A DNA stretch of 63,960 nt, the filler included, from Octopus bimaculoides (lineage: Eukaryota): NCBI RefSeq assembly GCF_001194135.2. It is 6 parts of 4 records of this genome, joined end to end, with 100 filler letters (N's around TTAATTAATTAA, not from the genome) between each part and the next. Parts side by side here need not be neighbours in the genome. Positions count along the whole stretch, not along the records: positions 1 to 23,831 come from NC_068982.1; positions 23,932 to 44,250 come from NC_068982.1; 4 more parts are not named here. The stretch is one strand, 5' to 3'. The position numbers were made by a program, and so were the translations under genes. This document shows, piece after piece, positions 23,811 through 37,065 of the stretch. A model generated the notes under the pieces. That model did not search any database and was not told the DNA's origin. It saw nothing but the letters and a program-made list of their open reading frames with translations. How positions within the stretch are numbered: position 1 is the stretch's first letter; every line of letters begins with the position of its first letter.

Positions 23811-24774
23811 TGCCCCGTAAGGGCAATACTCNNNNNNNNNNNNNNNNNNNNNNNNNNNNNNNNNNNNNNNNNNNNTTAATTAATTAANNNNNNNNNNNNN
23901 NNNNNNNNNNNNNNNNNNNNNNNNNNNNNNNTATATATTTATATATTTGATCCTTTATATTGAACACTCAATATTTCATCTACATTCAATACTTTCTTTC
24001 ATGGTGCCATCCATTTTTATTTTATTTTATTTTATATTATATATTGTATATCATATTATATATTGTATATTCCATATTCTATACCCCACATTAGTTCTGC
24101 AGGAATATAAATAAAACATAAAAAACAGACAGTGTTGGAACTCTTTTAAGCAAAATAATATATATATAGTGTAGTATATTGCCATTTAAGTGTGGCTGAC
24201 CCCTAGGGGTGGATGTTACTGTTGCTTTTAGCCCCAGGAGGACATGTCCTCCAGCTGGCTTATCGACACACGACTGTGTCCTGTTTGCCACATATGTATG
24301 TATTATATGAGTATAAATATTTTTCAGTTCTCTAGTCATTATATCATGCTACGGTACTATATTCACCCCACATGATTTCTGACATGAACCACATGGCTGA
24401 GATGAGCGGTTAGATATGATATATACGCAGGAAATGCATGTATATATTGGTGTCTGTACGCAGAAATTTTTCGGTATGTATATGTATTTTTCGCTTATAT
24501 ATATCATCAGTATATCTCTATTGAAGAGTGTGAAGTAATTTTTATTTCAGAGCACGAAATCTTAAGATATAGGATTATGCGAAGTTTTGTAAATCTCCTT
24601 GTTCATTACCTCGCATTCGGCCTTGGTTGCAAATAGAGAACACATTTAGAGTGACCTGTAGACATTTGACATCTGCTTTTAGCGTATAGGTTGTTGGTAA
24701 TCCAGCGCCCTTAATTATAATTTAAATTTTATAATTATGTACTTAAAAGAAAAAGAAATATATATAAGGCGCTA

Positions 24775-25080
24775 GGAGTGGCTGTGTGGTAAGAAGCTTG
24801 CCTCCCACCACATGGTTCCGAGTTCAATCCCTTGGGCAAGTGTCTTCTACTATATCCTCGGGCCGACCAAAGCCTTGTGGATGGATTTGGTAGATGGGAA
24901 TTGAAAGAAGCCCGTCATATATGTGTATATGTGTGTGTGCGAGTGTGTGTGCGAGTGTAAGTGTGCGTGTGTGTGTGTGTGTGTATGTTTGTCCCCCACC
25001 ACCATCGCTTGACAACTGATGTTGGTGTGTTTACGTCTCCGTAACTTAGCGGTTCGGCAAAAAGACCGATAGAATAAGGA
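24775..25080 (+). mobile_element. tRNA-derived SINE, family A, with internal microsatellite
   Basis: Head ggagtggctgtgtggtaagaagcttgc...gagttcaatccc; CORE-like ccttgggcaagtgtctt; body gccgaccaaagccttgtg. Confidence 0.88.
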
Positions 25081-25094
25081 CTTATTCTTAGTAA

Positions 25095-25192
25095 GCCTAT
25101 TACTTATTCTATCGGTTTCTTTTGTCGAACTGCTATGTTACGGGGACGTAAACACACCAGCATCGGTTGTCAAATGATGGTTGGGGGGCAAA
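25095..25192 (-). mobile_element. Inverted 3' fragment of SINE family A
   Basis: Its reverse complement matches 24988-25078. Confidence 0.85.
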
Positions 25193-25234
25193 TACAGATA
25201 CAGAAGCATATATATATACATATACATATGTGCT

Positions 25235-25322
25235 CAGCCAATTGCGCGTTAATTTCACCAGAAGGTTGTTCCATTGATCGGATCAATTGAAACCCTCGTC
25301 GCCGTAACCGACGGAGTGACAG
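25235..25322 (+). mobile_element. 3' fragment of SINE family C
   Basis: Matches 57340-57415 (cgttaat..ac.ag..gg...ttgat.ggatcaa.tg.aa..cc.cgtcg.cgtaa.cgacggag). Confidence 0.75.
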
Positions 25323-26227
25323 TATGTTAAGGAATCATTTGTCGTGAATCTGACTTCTTTGTTGACAGGCGAATCCACGCGTAAAACGATATATACCACA
25401 ACAGATATTGCAGACTAAGTTTATACAATCTAATTCACAGAGTATGCATTCGTGCCGTTCTCTTAAATTCTGTATGGAAAATGCAAGCGTTTTCAAAAAC
25501 ATGCGTAGCATCCTTTATCTGTTTTCTCCATTTGTGATGATCAAAAGCATTTCTTTCGCAGTTGATTTTACTTATTTCAAATGATATCAAACGCTATGAT
25601 TTCAAGATTTCAACTCATTCAAGAGTCAGAATGAATACTGCAAGGCATTTTATCCAACGATCAAACAGCTCCTTCAGTTCGTTTTGCGCGTGCGTTTATA
25701 TGTGCGTGCGTGTGTGTGTGGGGTTTGTCAGTCTGATTGTCTGTCTGTCCGTGTGTCCTTCTCGTTCGAGAGTATTAGCAATTGCTGCAAGGTGTTTGTT
25801 TTGCTTCTCTTGAAAGACGGAGATAATTTCAGTGAAACAATAATTCATTTTGTAAGATATTTAATATAACCTTTACTGTCCAGATCCACGCCACTGATCC
25901 CTGTGAGTTTTCCACTAAATTGTGGAAATGACCTATATCGCAAATCTTCTCCACGCTTTTAGTATATACCTAAATCTTAGGTCACGCTGCAATAGAGATA
26001 GACCCATTGCCGTGCTGATGACGCAAATAGAAGCAGAAATACGTCGTCACAACTGTCCACTTGTCACCAGAAAATCAGTTTTTCATATTAACGCTATGGT
26101 AATCCTGGAGAATTACTGACTCTTTGATCTTCTGATATCAGGCGAAGCTAATCGAAATTGTCCCAAGGTATTTGTTAACCTTCTCTCGAAATGGAAGATA
26201 TGATAGTGTAGCTTTCTTGATTAGTAT

Positions 26228-26301
<74 letters not shown>

Positions 26302-26701
26302 TGAGGGTGTTTGTGAGGGTGTGTGTGCGAGAGGAGGTGCGCGTGTGCACGGAGGAGGGTGCGCGCATGCGCACTTGTCCATGTGTGCGTGTGTTTGTGT
26401 ATTCGTATATCATAATGATGTTTATATATGAAGGCGTCTATTCATGACTCCTTCCCTCCCTACCTACCCTTCTCCTTAACCTTCCCTTTCTCTCTCGCTC
26501 ACCCTCTCTCACTCCCTCATCTTCTCTCACCCTCATCCTCTCTCTATATATATGTATATATGTATATATATATATATATATAATGTGTTTGTGCGTTCTC
26601 GTGGTGGTATGCTATGTATATACAACTGGGTACATGCATATGTGTAGAGATGCGGCTTGTACATAACCGTATGTGCGTTTATGTGAATGTTTGTATGCGT
26701 G

Positions 26702-26747
<46 letters not shown>

Positions 26748-28399
26748 NNNNNNNNNNNNNNNNNNNNNNNNNNNNNNNNNNNNNNNNNNNNNNNNNNNNN
26801 NNNNNNNNNNNNNNNNNNNNNNNNNNNNNNNNNNNNNNNNNNNNNNNNNNNNNNNNNNNNNNNNNNNNNNNNNNNNNNNNNNNNNNNNNNNNNNNNNNNN
26901 NNNNNNNNNNNNNNNNNNNNNNNNNNNNNNNNNNNNNNNNNNNNNNNNNNNNNNNNNNNNNNNNNNNNNNNNNNNNNNNNNNNNNNNNNNNNNNNNNNNN
27001 NNNNNNNNNNNNNNNNNNNNNNNNNNNNNNNNNNNNNNNNNNNNNNNNNNNNNNNNNNNNNNNNNNNNNNNNNNNNNNNNNNNNNNNNNNNNNNNNNNNN
27101 NNNNNNNNNNNNNNNNNNNNNNNNNNNNNNNNNNNNNNNNNNNNNNNNNNNNNNNNNNNNNNNNNNNNNNNNNNNNNNNNNNNNNNNNNNNNNNNNNNNN
27201 NNNNNNNNNNNNNNNNNNNNNNNNNNNNNNNNNNNNNNNNNNNNNNNNNNNNNNNNNNNNNNNNNNNNNNNNNNNNNNNNNNNNNNNNNNNNNNNNNNNN
27301 NNNNNNNNNNNNNNNNNNNNNNNNNNNNNNNNNNNNNNNNNNNNNNNNNNNNNNNNNNNNNNNNNNNNNNNNNNNNNNNNNNNNNNNNNNNNNNNNNNNN
27401 NNNNNNNNNNNNNNNNNNNNNNNNNNNNNNNNNNNNNNNNNNNNNNNNNNNNNNNNNNNNNNNNNNNNNNNNNNNNNNNNNNNNNNNNNNNNNNNNNNNN
27501 NNNNNNNNNNNNNNNNNNNNNNNNNNNNNNNNNNNNNNNNNNNNNNNNNNNNNNNNNNNNNNNNNNNNNNNNNNNNNNNNNNNNNNNNNNNNNNNNNNNN
27601 NNNNNNNNNNNNNNNNNNNNNNNNNNNNNNNNNNNNNNNNNNNNNNNNNNNNNNNNNNNNNNNNNNNNNNNNNNNNNNNNNNTATATATATACACACATA
27701 TATATTTGCATGGAATCATATGCATGTCTATAGTTTCGTGCATACGCTTATAGATAAACGACCTAGTTTGTTTTTTTATAATAGATTTATATACGCTATA
27801 GTTTTCGTGAATTGTAACTTGATATTTCAAAATATACTTTTTAAACTAAGATAAAATAATTCAATTCTGCTTTATGGGAATCATTGTTCTGTTTTCTATT
27901 TATAGACTTGCTAGATCCTTTCCTTCTGTTTGTTCTTGTATATATGATGTGGTCTGTTTTCGCTTTATAAAAGCTTTTCTTTGCTATGATCCTATGAGCT
28001 GTTGTAGGTGTCGTTGTCGACAGCTTAAAGGTGTCTTTTGTTTTGTTTTCTTGTTTTTTCTCGAATATGAAGACTGTGTAACTTTCTTAGTGATTTGGTA
28101 TTTTCATGTCTTTTCTTTTTGGAAACCGTTTCTATGAATTTAAAATTTAATTTGTTTTATCATACCAATGAGATTTCCTTCAAATATTTCTGCATCTCTA
28201 AGTTGGAATGTGATATTAGAAGCTTTGAAACAAAGCTTTTCTTATGTTACTGATGTGCCATTTTCGCGGTAGGAAAATAGATGTGTGTGTGTATGTGTGT
28301 GTGGGTGTATATATGTGGGTGTATATATGTGGGTGTATATATGTGTGTGTTGTGTTGTGTGTGTGTGTGTGTGTGTGTGCATAAGTGCGCGCGTGTCTG

Positions 28400-28510
28400 T
28401 CTGCCTGTGGAAGAACGTACGCTCGAAACGTTAGAGACTTTTTCAAGACATCTTTTTTTGTTTTCTACACCACCTTTCTTTGTCTGTTGTTTTTTTTTGT
28501 GAATTCTCCC
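28400..28510 (+). ncRNA. CUGUNGA-type hammerhead-like motif (28405-28438) plus family tail
   Basis: CTGTGGA A GAAC GTAC GCTC GAA ACGT T AGAGAC; tail ends gtgaattctccc + (GATA)n. Confidence 0.6.
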
Positions 28511-29954
28511 GATAGATAGATAGATAGATAGATAGATAAAGTCACAGACAGGTAGGGAGACAGACACGTAGACATCACACAGACAGGGTAAAAGTCTCAT
28601 GGATAAAACAATCAAATAACGAAAATGTAGTTTATATTAGTGTTGCGCTGAAACGAGGAAAAGGAATTAAAAATGACTCAATGTTTCAGACAGAACCTCT
28701 TCATCAATAGAAAGCGTAGAAGAAAGGAAGAAAGATGAAACAGAAAAGAAACAAAGAAAGATGGAACAAAGAAGAAGATAGGCTTTCTGTGGAACGAAAT
28801 TGCATGTGAACCTTATGTAGAATGTCATGAAATGAATGACCGACGGAAGGAAGAATGAGAAAGTAAAATACATCACGGCTAAAAGATGACAGTAAAAAGG
28901 AAAAATGGATAAGCGAGTTGTCCATAGCAGAGACAGAATGCGTGTATATATCTGTGTGTAATGAGGTGTATGTTTATGTTCCGCGCTTCCATGTATGTAT
29001 TTGAATGTAGTATACTTTATAGTCACTCGAGCATCTATACGTTCGTGTATGTATACATGTATATATTTGTTTTCGTATACGCATTCGAAAGTTCAGCTTT
29101 TGAGTCTTGTACGTTTTTTTTTTCTGTGTGCGTATGTCTTGTATTTAATTGTGCCTGTATGTATGTAATTGTGCATGTATGTAGAGATGTATGTGCAATA
29201 CGGTGATATATAATTGCATAAGTAATCTTAGTTATCCCAAGTTATTCAACTCTCTATATTGCATGTTTAAAATTCTACAATTTATGTTTTTAGTTTGTAT
29301 AACGTTCCAGTGAGGTATATTATCTTATCTAGATGGTTAACTTTCATAAGCACCCTCCATACTATCCCTCTATTTTTATATGTATATACTGATAGTCTTG
29401 CCAACTGGGCAGAATGTACGTTGCTGATGAAATCTAGCAAGATTGTAATAAGTCAGTAGCCCTCAAAAAATAGTTTTAAAAACCTGGCTCGTTCCTAAAT
29501 AGAAAATTATCTAATATTTACTGAAGTTATTGCTCTTGTTGCTTTTAAATTTTATACACCTCTAAAGGAAGAGTTTGGCATATAATTGCAAGGATAATCT
29601 CAGTTAATTTAAGTTTTCTACATCACTGTTTTGTATACTTGAGAATATTCCGTATGATTATTAAGCATACATAAGCTCCCCTGAGCAATAATATTTATAT
29701 TCATATTCTCCATTTCTAAATATCCACTGATCATTTCTAAATCTTGACAACTACGTTGAATATATTTCGCCAAGAGATTTAACTCGGTCCGAACAAGACT
29801 ATTGTTTTCTCTGGATGATTTTAAGGACAAAATCCAGTAATGACTGCATTACTTTTACTTCCCGAAATTTGTATTAGATGATATTACTGGAGTAATTTGT
29901 GTTAGGATAAATATAGGTGTAACATGCGTTCTCTTTTATGAAAATGTGTAATCG

Positions 29955-29995
29955 ATCTCTGATGAAGCAGTAAAAAATACGGAAACTAGATCAGG
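29955..29995 (+). ncRNA. Degenerate hammerhead-like motif
   Basis: TCT CTGATGA A GCAGTA AAAAA TACG GAA ACTAGAT C AGG. Confidence 0.45.
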
Positions 29996-30017
29996 TCAGT
30001 CTGTTTCTTCTACCAAG

Positions 30018-30113
30018 AAACATATGGTTTAACCACAGAGATAAAACATGTGGTTTAACTGCAAAGAAAAAAACATATGGCTTAACGACAGATGGTTAAA
30101 CATATTGCTTAAC
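30018..30113 (+). repeat. Four-unit ~27-bp array with a 16-bp conserved core
   Basis: AAACAT(A/G)T(G/T)G(T/C)TTAAC at 30018, 30044, 30071 and 30098, separated by dissimilar 10-11 nt linkers. Confidence 0.8.
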
Positions 30114-30771
30114 CATCTACTTCTCACAAGACAGCTACAGAGGTTTATTAAAGAGGTATGAGTTATATTTCATATTATCTAAATCAACGGTTCGTAGTGT
30201 ACCAATAATTAATTTACTACTTATTCTAACTTAGTATGTTCACTGTATAATGCAAATTATACATACCTGTGTAATCCTGCCCCACTTTGTGTACAATGCC
30301 TATAATCTAATACAATACCTATAATCTAATAATCTCTATAATATAATCTGTGTTCTTTCCCTGAATGAAGTCAGCTATATTAAAAACCTGTAAAATTGAT
30401 TTCATTTCCTTCTCACAGATACAAACATATGTAACTGCTTCATATAATTTTTAGAGACAGGCTACGTTGTATGCTTATTTATAGAAAAGTTTTAACTAAC
30501 ATATATATATATATATATACATATATAATAAACAAGTTAAAATAATAGTCATTACATATAATTCCTTTATTATAGCAAACTTGGCTTACAGCTGTCTCCA
30601 GTAGTCATTATAGATAGATTTACTCAATTGGTCTATTAATTAATTGATCAATTAGACCCTACCCAAAGATTACTTGGAGTTATCACTAATCTAAGTAACA
30701 TTATTAGCCTGGTGTGCCAACAGAGAGTTTATGAAGTATTTTTCCTAGATTGATAATCTCTCATTATTTGT

Positions 30772-30860
<89 letters not shown>

Positions 30861-31365
30861 NNNNNNNNNNGAGAGGAGAGAGAGAGAGAGAGGAGATAGA
30901 GAGAGAGAGAAGAGAGAGAGAGAGAGACAGAGAGAGAGGAGAGAGAGAGAGAGAATAATTATGAGAAGTATATCAAAAGGATATCCTTTAATACAGCGCA
31001 ACTCATTAATGCTCTTACGGAGAAATAAGAATATGGGCAAGAATGGAGAACACATTTGAAAGGTCAGATCCTTTTATCAAGTTAAATCACTTCGCATCAT
31101 AGGCATATTCATATAAAGTATAAATTCAAGTACAAATATACAAATTCGTAAAATTTGAACGCTTAACACCGAATGGTTTAGAGCAAGTACTTTTATTTAT
31201 TGCACGCTTTCATGATTTGTACATGTGTACTTGAATTTATACTTTATATGAATATGCCGATGATGCAAAGTGATTTAATTTGATAAAGGGATCTGACATT
31301 TGAAATTTGTTCTCCATTCTTGCCTATACATACAGATTTATATATATGTGTGTGTGTTTGTGTGT

Positions 31366-31425
<60 letters not shown>

Positions 31426-31429
31426 GGGA

Positions 31430-31630
31430 GAATTCACTAAAAAACAACAGACGAAGGTAGGTGGTGTAAACAACAAATGGATGTATAAGTATAACGCTTG
31501 GGAATAGAGAAAGTATTTAACGTTTCGAGCCTACGCTCTTCAACAGAAAGGAACACAAAGAAACAAGGAGAGAAACAAGGAGAGAGAAAAAATATATGTG
31601 TAGTGGTCAGCGATCTATCATGGCGAATGC
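31430..31630 (-). ncRNA. Short element with the best CUGUNGA-type hammerhead-like motif (31515-31551)
   Basis: CCTTT CTGTTGA A GAGC GTAG GCTC GAA ACGT T AAATAC; upstream block catgatagatcgct.accactacaca is shared with 61940-61965. Confidence 0.7.
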
Positions 31631-31939
31631 CGGACAGAAGGATCACACAGGAGAGTTAAGAAGAAGGGGAGATAACAAAGAAGTAGTGACCTCCAGCGCA
31701 CTTCAATAAGTCCGATAAACCTTAACACATGGTGTAAGGGTGACGCTCTCTCGTGTCTCTAGAGCACTGAAAACGGTTCCGTCAGTATCTCGGCAGCTTC
31801 TGCAGAACCCCTGCTGCTGGCCGCTACAGCTGACGACATCATCATGTTCTTAAGATGGTTGCAAGGTTGATAACAAATACAACCCTACGAAGGAGGCTAT
31901 CACTTTTCTCAAAGCTGAGGAGAGTCCGGGTTCATTTAT

Positions 31940-32290
31940 CTTTTATTTGTTTCAGTCACTAGACTGCGGCCATGTTGGGGCACCACCTTGAAGTATTTTT
32001 AGTCGAATAAATGGACCCAAGGAGTTACCATTTTTTTAAGCCTGGTACTTATTTCATCGTCCTGTTCTGCCAAACAGCTAAGTTACGGGGACGTAAACAA
32101 ACCAAGGCTGGTTGTGAAGCGGTGGTAGGGGACAAACACACACACTCGCACAGTTTCCGTCTACCAAATCTACTCACAAGGCTTTGGTAGGCCCGGGGCT
32201 GTAGTAGAAGATACATGCCCAAGGTGCCACCCATTGAGACTGAACCCGGAACTATGTGGTTAAGAGGCAAATTTATTACCATGCAGTCAC
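31940..32290 (-). mobile_element. tRNA-derived SINE, family A (near full length)
   Basis: Reverse complement of the 24775-type SINE including the 3' end (ctagtgactgaaacaaataaaagataa). Confidence 0.85.
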
Positions 32291-33112
32291 GCTTGAGTGT
32301 TTAAAGAAGAGAAGAACTCGACAAAACAATCTGTCGTTTCTCCAGCAATCCTCTTGTCCATGTATTTTTCTTATTCATTCCCGTTCCACAGCGCATCATG
32401 TGCGAAACTGGGAAAAAAGAAACATGCAAACTTGTTATTTTTACGTAGGTCAGTCATGTTCCAGGATATATTCTGTTGCACATGATATATACACTCAAAT
32501 AATTAGTTTCTCTAGTCTTTGCGAAAATGTTAAATAATGTTTCCATTATCCGCAACCCATTTTCTATCAACAGTGCATTACTTTATTACAATTGCTTACG
32601 GCTCTAGCGTTGTTTGTAAAGTATGTTAACGTTTTCTGTTAATTAGTTCTCGTTGTTATCATGTGAAGCAGTTCTGCTTGCACTATTGTGTATACGTTAT
32701 TATTATTTGTATTTCTTGTTTTTATTCTGAGGACAATCATTTAAAGAAGATATTTTTGTCAATGTGTCTGTTGTTGATCGACTATTTCGTTGTATATTCC
32801 TTTTTATTCGCGTTCTTTTATTCATTTGGTCTTCCTCCTCTTTTGACTCTCTTTACTTTCTCTTTCTCCCCCTCTCACTCTCTCTCCCTCTCTCTCCCAT
32901 CTCTCTCTCTCTCTCTCTCTTTCTCCGACCTTTAGCTTTCATGCTTAATGTCTCTTTCTTCCTCATTGTGTAATGCCCCATCCCTGTCACAGATCTTATT
33001 CCAGTGTCACATATATTCTTTCATTCTATTTTTACTTGCTGAATTCAATTTACATGCGTTTCCCTCTGCTTTCTTCCTGTTCTCTCTCTATCTTTCTCTT
33101 TCTCTCTCCTTG

Positions 33113-33187
<75 letters not shown>

Positions 33188-33387
33188 NNNNNNNNNNNNN
33201 NNNNNNNNNNNNNNNNNNNNNNNNNNNNNNNNNNNNNNNNNNNNNNNNNNNNNNNNNNNNNNNNNNNNNNNNNNNNNNNNNNNNNNNNNNNNNNTGTGTG
33301 TGTGTGTGTGTGTGTGTACACACATTTTTTACTCTCTCGGTTTTTTTTTTTCAGCTTTTCGTTCTTTCACCGTTATTTTCCTCTTAG

Positions 33388-33530
33388 TCCTTTCTATCGA
33401 AGAGCGTAGACTCGAAACATAAAAGACTTTTTCGTTGTTCTTGAGCGTTAAACTAATACAGCTGCTTGTTATTCCTACTGTCTTCATCTTTTGTTTTCTG
33501 CAAATTTGAACTATATATACATATATATAT
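33388..33530 (+). ncRNA. CUGUNGA-family hammerhead-like motif (33390-33427) plus tail
   Basis: CCTTT CTATCGA A GAGC GTAG ACTC GAA ACAT A AAAGAC. Confidence 0.6.
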
Positions 33531-33649
33531 ACACGTGCCTAGTGGACTTTTTTACTTGCTTCAATCACTGATCCGTGTCCATTTTAATTCATGTGTACAT
33601 ATGTGTGTGTGTATGTATGTGTGTAGGGAGCTCTCTGTCTGTCTGTCTC

Positions 33650-33742
<93 letters not shown>

Positions 33743-34097
33743 CTATCTCTCTCTCTCTTTACGTATGGTTAAAGTAAAATGATCTTTTTCATAAGCATAA
33801 AGCTGAAAATTAACGGCAGTTATAACTCACGACAAATTTTTTTAAGCAATTTCATTGATAGTGACTTCGAAGTTTAACCAGTAGCTGATCTCGGGAGAGT
33901 GCTTTGCTTGTACAATCGTAATATTGAGTAGCACAGTCGATATATTAGGTTCAGTTGAAGGCAACATCCTCGATAATTTGGGCTTTTATTAGTGAGGGTA
34001 AAATAAAACATTCGTTTCGACGGTCCAGAACGAACATCGGATCTTTGCTACAGAAGCGGTAAAGCCGGAGGCAGGGTGAGAAGGATATAGCAGATGT

Positions 34098-34200
34098 GAT
34101 AAGTAGGATGTGAAACGAAACAGATTTGATAAGTAGGATGTGAAACGAAACAGATTTGATAAGTAGGATGTGAAACGAAACAGATTTGATAAGTAGGATG
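34098..34200 (+). repeat. Perfect 30-bp minisatellite, ~3.4 copies
   Basis: Unit GATAAGTAGGATGTGAAACGAAACAGATTT. Confidence 0.95.
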
Positions 34201-34515
34201 AGAAATGCAGGTGTGTAGCTGACTGTTGGGGAGTGTGGAGGTTGTCGATGGAGTTACATAATGTCTATAAAATTGATGGAGGTATTAGAATTGAAGATGA
34301 AAGCCGGTATTCGGTAGAAAGTATTGATGAAGGATATGACAAATGAATGCTCTTTATTAAGTGCTGCAGCACTGATACGGCCACCGATCATCATGGTCAG
34401 GTCCAGTAAACCAGGTAGAAATGAAGATTTTAAATGATTCGGCAAACAATTTGTAGATATTGGGAGCCATCATCATATCCTTGAACATAATATTCCTCTC
34501 ACATTGTTTTTAAAA

Positions 34516-34581
<66 letters not shown>

Positions 34582-34894
34582 GAGAGAGAGAGAGAGAGAG
34601 AGTGAGAGAGAGAGAGAGTGAGATGGATATGTGTAGAAATGCTGGGTTCAAATATGGTGCAAGGTCTAATTCTATTCATTATAGGTTGCGGGTACATTTT
34701 ATGGAGTCACTATTCCAATGATAAAAACCAATGGTTATAAAGATTGCATATATCTAGTTTATTTTCCTTTTGAATTGATTTTATTCCTATCATGCGTAAT
34801 TGTTAGGACGTAGCGTATGAAATTGTATTGCAATCAATCTATATTGCAGTTTTATGTTGTGTATAATAGTATTTTCATGCTCCCAATAAAGATA

Positions 34895-35118
34895 AAATTC
34901 TTCCCGAGAACTTCAGACTCATGGGGCAGCGAATGAATCCTCCCTACCACAAACAGGACGCCGGTCCTTCGAAGGATTACTCATCTTTGCCAGATGAGTA
35001 GATTGGAGCAAAGTAAAATGGAGTGTTCTGCTCAAGAACACAACGCATCACCTGATCCAGGAATTGAAACCAAAATCTTACAGCCACGAATCCTAATAGC
35101 TAAGCTACGCACTTTCAC
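34895..35118 (-). mobile_element. tRNA-derived SINE with CORE-like block
   Basis: Minus-strand head gtgaaagtgcgtagcttagc...ggtttcaattcc, then gttgtgttcttgagcagaacac. Confidence 0.7.
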
Positions 35119-36484
35119 GCTCCCAATAAGACAGACCTTAAAAATATAATAAATTTTAAAGAATATCATTATATTATTAGAGCACTATTGACGTGCGACA
35201 ACACTTAGACTTAGCGTTGAGGTTAGGCCTGCGCTCACATATGATGAATGATTCAACGACACTTATCATGGGATATTTTTGAACGTATTCATCTAATAAC
35301 CACACCGAGGTTGTAACTGCTCAATCTAGCTTGTTTGTGTAGATCAGTTTGTCAGAATAGAAACAGAAGTTTCTATCTGAAGCAATTATTCAAATGCTCT
35401 TTAATGGGTACCATATGAAAATGTCTGTGATATATGGAAGGAGTACGTAGGAAAAACCAACGGGAAATAGGGACGAGTAGGCGGAAGAGTCCCAATAGTG
35501 CCTGGAGTGGATTGATCGGAGAGAATGTTTAGTTTGGCATTTCTATGACTTGTATATATTTGATGTAAATGAAAACATTGTTCATTAGTTATGAATTTCA
35601 CTTTGCAGTAACGGGATGCCGAGTTCTTTCACATTCAAAGCACTTTAGTGTTTTCTAATATAGCTTGTAAAGAAACCCACAGGACAGCTTTTACCTGTAA
35701 TCAAAAGGCCCAACTTGCTGACACACACTATGCAATTCTGATTTCATCTCTTGATTGCAGTAAAAATACAAGTCTATGAGGAGTACTTATTGATGACTTG
35801 CGTAGATGGTTCTGTTGATCAAGTAACTGAAATACTCATTGTCCAAGCCAGCGCGGGATCCATATTTAGTGGTGATTTGCTGTTGAGTAGCTAGACATCG
35901 TGACTGCATATTCGAATAATAGGTTTCTTCGTAAAAACTCTACGATAATTTCAACTGACGTTTCGAATATCCTCAACGCATTATCAACAAATAATGCATT
36001 ACTTTATTAAGATTGCTTGAAGGTTATTTTCACAAAGTGTGTTACAGTGATAGGTAAGTGATTTTGCTGTAGTTTTTGTCATGTAATGTATTCCTGCTTG
36101 CCCTATTATCTATATTACTATTTTTGTTTTTTGTTTTTATGTGAGAGCAATCATTAAAAGAAAACTGTATTTTAGTCATCTAAATCACGAAATTTTTCTC
36201 CTGTTGACCGACTATTCCGATCTATGTTCCCCTTTTTGCTTTTTGATTTTTTTTTTCACCATAACTTTATTTCACACTTACAGATTCAAACATATTTACG
36301 TGAACACAAACTTATGCGCGAATACTCAGATATATCAGCAATTTCACTCTCTCGACCATACATACACAAACATCGTTTTTATCTGTACATCGTTTTTATC
36401 TGTACATCGCTTTCACAACCACCATAAATCAATATCTACACATATATATACAAACATATATGTGCATGTATATGTGTATGTTTA

Positions 36485-36524
<40 letters not shown>

Positions 36525-36538
36525 AGAATATTACTTAT

Positions 36539-36682
36539 CATATGATGGTAAACCTTGAAAGTATTCTTTTGCCACCATAAGTAAATTTGATAAAAGTTAA
36601 ACTGTAATCATTGTACGTATGCCATATATCCTGACATTACTCACGGTGGCAAAAGTATACTCTTAAAATTATCTGTCATATG
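36539..36682. mobile_element. Small MITE-like inverted repeat (46-bp arms, ~35/46 identical)
   Basis: CATATG...AGTATTCTTTTGCCACCATAAGTAA versus the reverse complement of TTACTCACGGTGGCAAAAGTATACT...CATATG. Confidence 0.6.
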
Positions 36683-36909
36683 ACGAGTAACTTTCTAATG
36701 TATTAGCATGCAAGTGTATTTCATTGTAGTGAAAAGTAAACTTTTTGCCAATTCTTTCTCCTGATGAAATAAGCCGATCTTATAGCAATATCTCTATGCG
36801 ACCATTTACAGGTTACTTACCCATGATTTTTGCACGTTCCGTCAGTTAATTATGAACGTTAAGTAATCCTGAGCTTCCAGAAACAGCTGTCGAATTTTTT
36901 AAAATATGC

Positions 36910-37065
36910 ATCAATTTTAAACGGAGTAGGAAGTCGATTACATTGACATTAGTGCTCGACTGGTACCCATTTTATCGACCCCAAAATTCAAAACATTAAG
37001 CCAGAAGAAATGCTGCTAAGCATTTTGTCCGGCGTGCTATTGATTCTGTTAGTTCACCACCCTTC
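36910..37065 (-). mobile_element. SINE family B fragment
   Basis: gtcgattacattgac...tggtacccattttatcgaccc...aagcattttgtccggcgtgcta..gattctg. Confidence 0.75.

Noticed and set aside
23876-23887. TTAATTAATTAA islands between N-runs (also ~44296, 49037, 52293, 62793)
   Set aside because: An identical 12-mer always embedded in gaps; an assembly/scaffolding placeholder, not biology.
24470-24510. Minus-strand CTGATGA...GCGAAA as a hammerhead
   Set aside because: No convincing stem II or III; AT-repeat context makes a chance match likely.
30018-34200. Short arrays as CRISPR (30018-30113 and 34098-34200)
   Set aside because: Eukaryotic context and no cas genes; one array has no spacers and the other has 16-bp cores with 10-11 nt linkers.
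35760-35895. 44-codon open frame after a TTGCAG acceptor as a terminal exon
   Set aside because: No recognisable homology or supporting upstream exon; compatible with chance.
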